A DNA stretch of 64,000 bases from a virus, in IMG/VR virus record IMGVR_UViG_3300032053_000038, positions 1 through 64,000 of that record; one strand, written 5' to 3'. This document shows, in pieces, positions 47,369-55,419 of this stretch (position 1 is its first letter; every line of letters starts with the position of its first letter). The position numbers and the translations under genes are program-made. Under the pieces are notes generated by a model. That model was given only the letters and a program-made list of their open reading frames with translations, had not been told where the DNA came from and searched no databases.

Positions 47369-48946
47369 TTAGAATACCTGCGATACTAGGACCTTTATGG
47401 TCACAGATCCTGCCGCAGCGGTATTTAAGTTTCCACCTACCGAGGTAGCGGTGATCTTAATAGAAACAGGATTAGCTGTATCTTCCATACCTGGATTACT
47501 TGATACTTGACCTAACGTGGTCGCAGGAGCTTGGAAGACATTAAATGCGTTAGCATATTTTGCTAATGTACCAATAATACCCACGCTGACGGTGTAAGCT
47601 GAAATGCTTCCACCGGTAAATGATGCAGTGTGAGATATTACGACATTATGAATCATTTGACCAGCAGCTAACGTAAATAGTGTAATAGATTCAGTAAGGC
47701 CTGCAGCTGTAAACGAACCATAAGGAACAGTATAAGTTTGCCACTGAGGTGTTCTAGATGTAATAGCAGTAGCAGATGTCCATAATTCAATTACTACCCT
47801 ATCACCAAGACCCCTTCCAGCATTAAATACAATACTGTTACCACTGATAGTATAGTCGTTACTTGCCCCGTACGACTTTCTTAATCCGTTAGCATAAACG
47901 CTCTCTTGGCCTGATACGAGCGTGTTTGTTAGTGCAAACGTAGTTTGACCCGCAGTAGCAGTGAACTCTTCAACGGTTGGAGCGTTTGCAGTGTTTAATA
48001 CGGTTAGAATCTCTACTGTTACTTTATCATCAACGGAAAGACCTGTATTAAAGACAATGTTCTGACCAGAAACTTGATAGTCGTAAGAGGCACCGTTCCT
48101 CATTAAGCGACCGTTCCAGTATACCCACTCATTTCCTGAAGTAAATGTCTGAACTACTACAAACGTAGTCTGACCAGCAGTAGCTACGAAATTCTCCCGA
48201 ACAGGCTGTGAACCATTACCACTAACAGTAACTATCGAAGCATCGTTACCAACATCATCCGAAACAGTTACCGCTGCGCCCACGAAGTTAAGTTTTAGGC
48301 GTTGTGTTACAGAACTTCCTTCATCTTGAATGGTATGACCTGCACCAACAGGATTCCATAAAGCACCGTCAAATCTATAAAGTTTGTTATCTGTTGTACT
48401 ATCAATAACTAGACCCTGTATAGCAGAAATTGAATTTCTCTGCGTATTGGTCATCTGAGGGAAACGAACACCTTTAGCTGTAGAGACCATATCTAAGATG
48501 GCTACAGAGTTAGGAGACGCGGCCCCTATAGATAGCGTACCAGCAGAAACATTATTTGACGCGGCAATAGCTCCAGCTACATCTAAATCTAAAGTAGGTG
48601 TCTTATTAATACCAACCCAATTATTACCAACGTCTACTAAAAGAACATTAGTGTCAACAGCTACGTTACCAGAAATTGCAACAGCTCCGCTTACATCAAG
48701 AGGGACCGCTGGAGTTTTATTAATACCAACCCAATTGTTGCCAACATCAACTAAAAGAACATTAGTATCTATTGCAACATTCCCCGAGATAGCTACAGCT
48801 CCAGAAACATCTAGGGGGACAGTCGGAGTTTTATTAATACCAACCCAATTGTTGCCAGCATCAACTAAAAGAACATTAGTATCAACAGCTAGGTCATTAG
48901 TAAGAGTTACCTTACCATCATTAGCTACAGTATATGTTGTGCCCAC
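47369..48946 (-). CDS. Modular fibre protein
   Basis: 3x 38-aa DTNVLLVD..WVGINKTP repeats, KGVRFPQMT, 2x ATAGQTTF Ig-like units. Confidence 0.8.
   Translation of the reverse strand: MGTTYTVANDGKVTLTNDLAVDTNVLLVDAGNNWVGINKTPTVPLDVSGAVAISGNVAIDTNVLLVDVGNNWVGINKTPAVPLDVSGAVAISGNVAVDTNVLLVDVGNNWVGINKTPTLDLDVAGAIAASNNVSAGTLSIGAASPNSVAILDMVSTAKGVRFPQMTNTQRNSISAIQGLVIDSTTDNKLYRFDGALWNPVGAGHTIQDEGSSVTQRLKLNFVGAAVTVSDDVGNDASIVTVSGNGSQPVRENFVATAGQTTFVVVQTFTSGNEWVYWNGRLMRNGASYDYQVSGQNIVFNTGLSVDDKVTVEILTVLNTANAPTVEEFTATAGQTTFALTNTLVSGQESVYANGLRKSYGASNDYTISGNSIVFNAGRGLGDRVVIELWTSATAITSRTPQWQTYTVPYGSFTAAGLTESITLFTLAAGQMIHNVVISHTASFTGGSISAYTVSVGIIGTLAKYANAFNVFQAPATTLGQVSSNPGMEDTANPVSIKITATSVGGNLNTAAAGSVTIKVLVSQVF
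48560..48895 (-). repeat. ~114-bp tandem repeat x3 (coding)
   Basis: TTAATACCAACCCAATT..ACTAAAAGAACATTAGT recurs at 114-nt spacing. Confidence 0.85.
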
Positions 48947-48970
48947 TTTATCTCTCCTACTATCCTATGT

Positions 48971-49420
48971 TTAGCCCAGGATGACAATCGCCGTGCTAAA
49001 GCCTTTAAATTGTTTATCGGTGCTGTTATACCAAAATTGTCCCTCTACAGGACTTCCAGGATCCCCTGCAACTACACCTAAAAAGAAAGTAGCCCCGGAA
49101 ATGTTCCCGGTAGTTACTACATTTTGAGCGACGAAATTGGCTGAAATCTTTGAACCAGAAATAGCGGCAGTAGATGATACTTTGTTATCATAAATAGCAT
49201 TATCATAAATAGCTGCAGTTGATACTGCCGATGTAGCCAACTTACCATCCGTTACATTGGCATCAGCAATAGCTGCAGATAATACCGATGAAGTAGCTAA
49301 CTTAGTAGAAGTTACATTGGCATCAGCTATATGAGTTGTTCTTACCGCAGAAGTACCAATATCTACAGCTTGGATAGTACTATCTGTAATCTGCCCGCCA
49401 TTGATTGTAGTTCGGCCCAT
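48971..49420 (-). CDS. Short fibre protein with DANVT repeats
   Basis: Same repeat as 49464; C-terminus WYN..QFKGF..AIVILG like 24768. Confidence 0.75.
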   Translation of the reverse strand: MGRTTINGGQITDSTIQAVDIGTSAVRTTHIADANVTSTKLATSSVLSAAIADANVTDGKLATSAVSTAAIYDNAIYDNKVSSTAAISGSKISANFVAQNVVTTGNISGATFFLGVVAGDPGSPVEGQFWYNSTDKQFKGFSTAIVILG

Positions 49421-49463
49421 TATTAATTCCCCCTCATGAAGAGAAATTTATCTTCAATCAGGA

Positions 49464-51935
49464 TTAGTACCGATAGGTACTTCTTAACTTTTCACCTGAT
49501 GCGGGCGCTGTCGCAAAGGCAAAACTCTTATCCTTTATTGCGTAGTCGTCCCCAACGACAACAAAATTAATAGTACCACCTACTTGAGTAGTTCCGAGCC
49601 ATACCTGCTCTAGAACTAAGGTGCTAACTGTCTTAGAAGCTACAGCTCCTAGGGCTAGCGTTTCACCACTGCGAGTTACAATATCACCTGCGACAAAGCC
49701 AGAGGTATCAGCGATGTTCGAGATAGTATTATTGCCATTAGCGAAGTTACCTGTCTGTCCCGAAGAAACCTCAGAAACGTTATTTCTATCCTGCAGCTGT
49801 CCATTTAGATAAATGTTTTCACTACCGGTAACTGGTGAATATACAAGCTCGAAATACTTCTTTACACCATCAGGAGTTATGGCTGGAGCTTCACGGGTAA
49901 CAAATCTAAAGCTAAGTTTATTTTCAGATATTGCATTATCTGCAAGTTTAACAGTCGTAACGTTACTATCAGCTATAGCATTAGATAATACCGATGAAGT
50001 AGCTAGTTTAGTAGCTGTTACATTAGCATCTGCAATAGCATTAGATAATACCGATGAAGTAGCTAACTTAGTAGAAGTTACATTGGCATCAGCTATAGCA
50101 TTAGATAATACTGAAGATGTAGCTAGTTTAGTAGAAGTTACATTGGCATCTGCTATAGCATTAGATAATACCGATGAAGTAGCTAACTTAGTAGAAGTTA
50201 CATTGGCATCAGCTATAGCATTGGTAAGAACAGAAGATGTAGCTAATTTGTCACTAGTTACATTAGCATCAGCTATAGAATTAGATAATACTGAAGATGT
50301 AGCTAACTTAGTAGCTGTTACATTGGCATCAGCTATAGCATTAGATAATACTGATGATGTAGCTAGTTTAGTAGAAGTTACATTAGCATCTGCAATAGCA
50401 TTAGTTAATACCGATGAAGTAGCTAGTTTAGTAGCTGTTACATTAGCATCTGCAATAGCATTAGTTAATACCGATGAAGTAGCTAGTTTAGTAGAAGTTA
50501 CATTAGCATCTGCAATAGCATTAGATAATACCGATGAAGTAGCTAGTTTAGTAGCTGTTACATTGGCATCAGCAATCAGGTTGGAAGTAACACCACTAAC
50601 ATCAATACTAACGGAGTTAGCATCAATGATAATACCTGTTCCTGCTCCTACGTTAAGTGTATTACCATCCTTTGTTAAGCCATCACCTGCGTTAATGCCC
50701 GCCGCACCAGTCCATTCTATCCAACTTCCTGTAGGACCCGTTCCTTCAAATACGAAGCCCTCGTTGTCATTAAAAGGTATAGGGACATTGTGAATTAATA
50801 TAGAATTACCATTAGCAGGAGCTGTTAAAGTAGCAGTAAGGCTAGCCCCACCGAACTCCGCAATTTTGTTGTCATCAGCACCTTCTGTATATGGTGCGAT
50901 AAGCGCAGTAGTTTTGGCGAGAAGGGCTCGGGTATGATTTGGAGGGAAACCACCGGAGTTAGCTACAATCTTAACCCAGATTGTACCATTATCTTCAACC
51001 AGGTCTCCGGCAACTACACTAACAGTACCACGAGTAAGTATACCGGCATCAGTTACAACGTAAGAATCTCCACCTACAATAGATAGACCGTCTAAGGTAG
51101 CAACAGTTGCGTTACCGACTAGGGATCGAACTGCAGCAGGCTCAATCCATAGGAGGCCGGAAACCAAATTATCTACATAGCTCTTGTTAGCTGCTTCATT
51201 AGCATTAAGCGGAGTAGCTAGAGATGTAATATAAAAGCTGTTAGCACTAAGATTACCCGATAATGCGCGAGTACCGTTTGCATAAAGATAGACCGCCGCT
51301 AACTTACCATCAGTTACATTAGCATCAGCTATAGCATTAGATAATACCGATGATGTAGCTAGTTTATCGCTAGTTACATTGGCATCTGCTATAGCATTAG
51401 ATAATACCGATGATGTAGCTAACTTAGTAGAAGTTACATTAGCATCAGCTATAGCATTAGATAATACCGATGAAGTAGCTAGTTTAGTAGCTGTTACATT
51501 AGCATCTGCAATAGCATTAGATAATACCGATGAAGTAGCTAACTTAGTAGAAGTTACATTGGCATCTGCTATAGCATTAGATAATACCGATGATGTAGCT
51601 AACTTAGTAGAAGTTACATTGGCATCTGCTATAGCATTAGATAATACCGATGAAGTAGCTAGTTTAGTAGCTGTTACATTAGCATCTGCAATAGCATTAG
51701 TTAATACCGATGAAGTAGCTAGTTTAGTAGCTGTTACATTAGCATCAGCTATAGCATTAGATAATACCGATGAAGTAGCTAATTTAGTAGATGTTACATT
51801 GGCATCTGCTATCTGATTAGACTGTACTGCAGAATAAGCAATCTTCTCAGTTGTTACATTATTGTCTGCTATTTTAGCAGTGACTAACGAATTATCTTGG
51901 CCCTGTTTACCAAGATCAATTTGAGTTCTCGCCAT
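49464..51935 (-). CDS. Long repeat fibre protein
   Basis: Two blocks of 20-aa IADANVTxTKLATSSVLSNA; AANKSYVD; AGDGLTKDGNTLNV; YLNGQLQ domain. Confidence 0.85.
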   Translation of the reverse strand: MARTQIDLGKQGQDNSLVTAKIADNNVTTEKIAYSAVQSNQIADANVTSTKLATSSVLSNAIADANVTATKLATSSVLTNAIADANVTATKLATSSVLSNAIADANVTSTKLATSSVLSNAIADANVTSTKLATSSVLSNAIADANVTATKLATSSVLSNAIADANVTSTKLATSSVLSNAIADANVTSDKLATSSVLSNAIADANVTDGKLAAVYLYANGTRALSGNLSANSFYITSLATPLNANEAANKSYVDNLVSGLLWIEPAAVRSLVGNATVATLDGLSIVGGDSYVVTDAGILTRGTVSVVAGDLVEDNGTIWVKIVANSGGFPPNHTRALLAKTTALIAPYTEGADDNKIAEFGGASLTATLTAPANGNSILIHNVPIPFNDNEGFVFEGTGPTGSWIEWTGAAGINAGDGLTKDGNTLNVGAGTGIIIDANSVSIDVSGVTSNLIADANVTATKLATSSVLSNAIADANVTSTKLATSSVLTNAIADANVTATKLATSSVLTNAIADANVTSTKLATSSVLSNAIADANVTATKLATSSVLSNSIADANVTSDKLATSSVLTNAIADANVTSTKLATSSVLSNAIADANVTSTKLATSSVLSNAIADANVTSTKLATSSVLSNAIADANVTATKLATSSVLSNAIADSNVTTVKLADNAISENKLSFRFVTREAPAITPDGVKKYFELVYSPVTGSENIYLNGQLQDRNNVSEVSSGQTGNFANGNNTISNIADTSGFVAGDIVTRSGETLALGAVASKTVSTLVLEQVWLGTTQVGGTINFVVVGDDYAIKDKSFAFATAPASGEKLRSTYRY
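49950..50580 (-). repeat. 60-bp tandem repeat block 2 (~11 units)
   Basis: Successive 60-nt lines are near-identical. Confidence 0.95.
51300..51875 (-). repeat. 60-bp tandem repeat block 1 (~10 units)
   Basis: Same unit as block 2. Confidence 0.95.
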
Positions 51936-52058
51936 TATATATCTCCTAAACTGGTTTTAAAACTATTCCACAATTAGTGCAACATTGTAATCTGCCAATA
52001 CCAGCAGATGTTAATCTATGAAAGCCGAAAAAGCATTTGATACGTCGTAGTCGTCTTA

Positions 52059-52658
52059 TCATATTTTCATATACTTTAAGACACCACGACCTACTCTATA
52101 AATCTTTCCACCTACTAGGGAATATCCCTCTAAAATCCTATCTACTTGTCTACGATTATCTTCACCATGATATTCTAATAAAATAATAGAATATGTTAGC
52201 TTGTTAAAATCTTTTAATTTGGAAAGAATATAACCCTCAGCTCCCTCTACGTCTAATTTTAATATAGTTGTTTCAGGTATAGTCTCAGGGGCTACGGTTA
52301 TAATATCTTCAAATTCGTCGGACTGTTCCCCAATCTTATATAAGCTACATTCGCCGATGTTATTCTTTCCTTTATAAAGCCTTGTTAGTGACTTATCACC
52401 TACAGCCTCGTTTCTACAAATAACAGTAGAATTGCTTATTTGAGAAATATTTTTCGACAGTAATTCAAAGTTAGACTTTGAGGGCTCATAACAATGAATA
52501 GTACAACCTGGCCACTTCATTGAAGCCCATACAGCAAAGCTACCAACATTAGCACCTAAGTCTGTAATTGTTGGTGTTCCTTCGTATTGGATATTATATT
52601 CTCCATCTAATACTTGCTGTACATGTGGTACCATCGATTGGGGGCAAGTAATATTCAT
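52059..52658 (-). CDS. FkbM-family methyltransferase
   Basis: DLGANVG, HCYEP, LKLDVEGAE, LEYH. Confidence 0.92.
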   Translation of the reverse strand: MNITCPQSMVPHVQQVLDGEYNIQYEGTPTITDLGANVGSFAVWASMKWPGCTIHCYEPSKSNFELLSKNISQISNSTVICRNEAVGDKSLTRLYKGKNNIGECSLYKIGEQSDEFEDIITVAPETIPETTILKLDVEGAEGYILSKLKDFNKLTYSIILLEYHGEDNRRQVDRILEGYSLVGGKIYRVGRGVLKYMKI

Positions 52659-53368
52659 TATGGTCTAAAGGTATAAGTACCTGCATGTTCTAATACAACA
52701 TTGGTGTTTAGATACACAGGAATTCCATTTTCACGCGCTATACTACAGAATGCCCAATCCTCAGACTCTAAAATGTTGTTTTTAATTCTAATTGGAAAAA
52801 ATTCATATAAGGTTGATATTTCACCTGTATGATGATCCCGTTGCTGATAAGTAGCAACCTTACTCTTTAGGCGATCAAGAACGTTAATATTGATGGCCAT
52901 AAAGCCAGTAGGAACATGCATTACTTCTACTTCCCCATTCACGTCTGCGCATTTTTCCTTATATGTCTTATACTTATCTAAGGACTTATTGTACATAGTA
53001 CCCTTATCACTCTTCTCCGCAAAATATTCAAAGTGTTGAGGTAGAGCATTAAAATTCAAACATATAGGAAGGGTCTTGAGAGGATACGTACCCCCTACAA
53101 TCCCCTTATCTGAATTGCACACAGCGCACAGATCCGCGTAGGTCCAACCCATATCCGCATCAATGAATACTAACTTCTCATATCCCATTTTAAGAGCTTC
53201 ATTAGCTATAGTATTTCTTCCCCGGTTAATCAAGCTCTCATTAGTGAGTGTATAAACTACGAACTCTGCATTGTCTCTAACAAAACATCTAGTAGTTTGA
53301 ATCATGGAGATTAGATAATTTGTCATTACCATCCCCCCATAAGCCGGCGTACCTATAATTACTTTCAT
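52658..53368 (-). CDS. GT-A fold glycosyltransferase-like protein
   Basis: GTPAYGG, ESLINRGRN, FIDAD (DxD), GGTYP, TGFM, SEDWAFC, LEHAG. Confidence 0.82.
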   Translation of the reverse strand: MKVIIGTPAYGGMVMTNYLISMIQTTRCFVRDNAEFVVYTLTNESLINRGRNTIANEALKMGYEKLVFIDADMGWTYADLCAVCNSDKGIVGGTYPLKTLPICLNFNALPQHFEYFAEKSDKGTMYNKSLDKYKTYKEKCADVNGEVEVMHVPTGFMAININVLDRLKSKVATYQQRDHHTGEISTLYEFFPIRIKNNILESEDWAFCSIARENGIPVYLNTNVVLEHAGTYTFRP

Positions 53369-53396
53369 TTTGCTTTCCTTTTCTTTTTTCTTTTCT

Positions 53397-53723
53397 TTAC
53401 ATTCTGTAACTAAACGAAACTTTTCCTGTCGGCGCTTCTACGAATGTTACTGTAGGAAATGCAAGAGTATAATCGGTTCCACTACCATATACTAACTGAC
53501 CATTCACATATACATGAAGAGAATCGTCAAGGGGTAAATTATCAATAGTAAAAACTAAATTGAATCCGTCGACAGCTTCTGATGGTATCTCGTTGTCTAT
53601 ATATGTTGCAGAAACGGGCACTCCATTAGAATAGACAAAGAAACCGCCTGATAGAATGATATTACCATCTACGACGGTTAAATCACCAATAATTTCACTA
53701 GGGCTTGAGAAAAATCCAGACAT
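53397..53723 (-). CDS. Ig-like structural protein (start MSGFF)
   Basis: EIPS..VDG.N..F..VYVNGQL..GTDYT; GGAG RBS. Confidence 0.7.
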   Translation of the reverse strand: MSGFFSSPSEIIGDLTVVDGNIILSGGFFVYSNGVPVSATYIDNEIPSEAVDGFNLVFTIDNLPLDDSLHVYVNGQLVYGSGTDYTLAFPTVTFVEAPTGKVSFSYRM

Positions 53724-53724
53724 T

Positions 53725-54267
53725 TTAGTAACTCCAGCTGCGGTAAAGGCCGCTACCAGGTGTAGGTATTCCATCTACCTTTTTTAACCAGATACTGGAA
53801 TGTGCTCGATTATCCATTGAAAAGCCTTCACCCGGTCTTAATCGCCCATGAGTATTAACACCATTAAAACTATATATTAGTGTATCTTTGGTATCATCAT
53901 TGGCTACTGTGATACTAATAGAAGTAAATCCAAATGAACGTTGAACAAAAGAAGTGGTAAGTGCTGCTACGGTATTATCTATATAAAAAGCGTTTGCAGA
54001 GGGAGTAACAGCTGTTTTAATCAACGCAAGTGTTTCTTCTGTTGCCGGATTAATACGAACAGAGTCAACGTCATCAATTCCGATAGCAGTACCTACATCA
54101 AGAGTTACCCCGGTAACATTTGAAGCAAGAACTCCATTATCATCTACTTGAATGGCTATAAGACTTCCATCTGTTTTACGTCCGTAGAGAACAACTATAC
54201 CTTTATTAGCAGTAGTGAGTTCCTGTTGCTGCAAATCCTTCGGAAGTGAATTCTTAAATAGTTGCAT
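53725..54267 (-). CDS. Fibre/decoration protein
   Basis: NPATEETL linker; jelly-roll-like C-terminus (ANDD..YSFNG..LRPGE). Confidence 0.65.
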   Translation of the reverse strand: MQLFKNSLPKDLQQQELTTANKGIVVLYGRKTDGSLIAIQVDDNGVLASNVTGVTLDVGTAIGIDDVDSVRINPATEETLALIKTAVTPSANAFYIDNTVAALTTSFVQRSFGFTSISITVANDDTKDTLIYSFNGVNTHGRLRPGEGFSMDNRAHSSIWLKKVDGIPTPGSGLYRSWSY

Positions 54268-54269
54268 AA

Positions 54270-54911
54270 TTATGCCCCGTTACTAATCTCCTTTAGACGT
54301 AGTTGGGCATTATGTATAAGCTGTGGATAAGAATCCTTTTCAACTATAAGATGTAAAAGTTCCCTGTCATTCATGTCCTTAATAGCTTTTAACTTTTGGA
54401 AATAACGTAATTTCGAAAAGTTGCTATAAGAAGGAATATTTCTAATACTTTTTTCTGTTATAGCAAAAGTATTAACCGTACGGGAATCCTTTACAGAAAT
54501 AATTTCGTGAACAGGAAGAGCCTTATCCTTTGGGAATGGATCCATACCAATAGGCTGTGCAGCCGTAGATATAGGATTCGTCAGATCACTAGCTTTAACA
54601 ATGCCGGCTTCCACTTCGTTAATTCCTCTTGAAGGAGCTGAAAATTTTACCTCAACAGGCTTTCGTATAGATCCAATCTCGGTCGCTGGATTTTCCACAA
54701 TGATATAGCCTAATTCTATTAGTCGCTTTAGACAGCCATATAACCTTGACTTTTTAATATCATCGGATGATAAGATCTCTGTAGGTAGATAGTCGCCTCT
54801 TTTTAACGTAACGACCCTCATTCCATTTGTCATCTTAATGAAAAGGTCGGAGATTGTAACTTCGTTAAAATTGCAAATGTATTTCTCTTTCTCTAGCTGT
54901 TCTTTTGTCAT
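54270..54911 (-). CDS. Structural protein with shared N-terminal anchor domain
   Basis: VTISDL..TL..G..DIKKS..L.RL..LGYI similar to 58337 and 58994. Confidence 0.65.
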   Translation of the reverse strand: MTKEQLEKEKYICNFNEVTISDLFIKMTNGMRVVTLKRGDYLPTEILSSDDIKKSRLYGCLKRLIELGYIIVENPATEIGSIRKPVEVKFSAPSRGINEVEAGIVKASDLTNPISTAAQPIGMDPFPKDKALPVHEIISVKDSRTVNTFAITEKSIRNIPSYSNFSKLRYFQKLKAIKDMNDRELLHLIVEKDSYPQLIHNAQLRLKEISNGA

Positions 54912-55023
54912 TTTTTCGTTTCTCCATCTATATTAAAAGATACATATACTATTCTTTTCCGTAGTTAACTACAGAGTTCTACCCACGGATGCCAAGTATC
55001 ATGTCCGGACCCCCACGTGGAGC

Positions 55024-55140
55024 TTATACCTTCCAGAATAAGCTCCAGCCCTCTATCCGAGTATCTGGGCTAGTGATGGCCACCTTCAGCCGCATCTGCG
55101 TTCCTTCGAGCTCAGTCGTGAACGTAAACTCCCCGCAGTC
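55024..55140 (-). pseudogene. Orphan C-terminal fragment homologous to the end of the 968-aa fibre
   Basis: DCGEFTFTTELEGTQMRLKVAITSPDTRIEGWSLFWKV* vs SGTQMRYKVVLPSLTSVLDNIAMFWK*. Confidence 0.75.
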
Positions 55141-55419
55141 TCATCGCATTATCTTCTTGCACATTTCCCAGTCCGGATTGAAGTCTCTACACACTAGAGG
55201 CCTGTGCTCATAATCCTTGCAGAGCCTGGTGACAGAATCGAACATGACGCAGTCGCCATTCTCTTTTCGGTCCATCCACCACGAAAGCGGACCTTTACAG
55301 GCCCTACGAAACGAACAGAACCCGGTGAGTTGGGCGGCCTCGGCTGGAGTCAGTTTCACTTCCAGATCGGGGTCGCTCGCCAACTGGCAGCATCGCCCAC
55401 AGCCCCTGCAACCCGCCAT
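55141..55419 (-). CDS. YkgJ-family cysteine-cluster (CxxCxxCC) protein
   Basis: CRGCGRCC, GDCVMFD..LCKDYEHRPLVCRDF. Confidence 0.88.
   Translation of the reverse strand: MAGCRGCGRCCQLASDPDLEVKLTPAEAAQLTGFCSFRRACKGPLSWWMDRKENGDCVMFDSVTRLCKDYEHRPLVCRDFNPDWEMCKKIMR

Noticed and set aside
49813-51816. Long plus-strand ORFs and a CRISPR-like look of the 60-bp repeats
   Set aside because: Antisense shadows of the coding repeat; units are contiguous with no unique spacers and no cas genes are present
55024-55143. Selenocysteine or genome-wide TGA recoding
   Set aside because: No clear SECIS; genes are intact in the standard code; fragment homology explains the open frame
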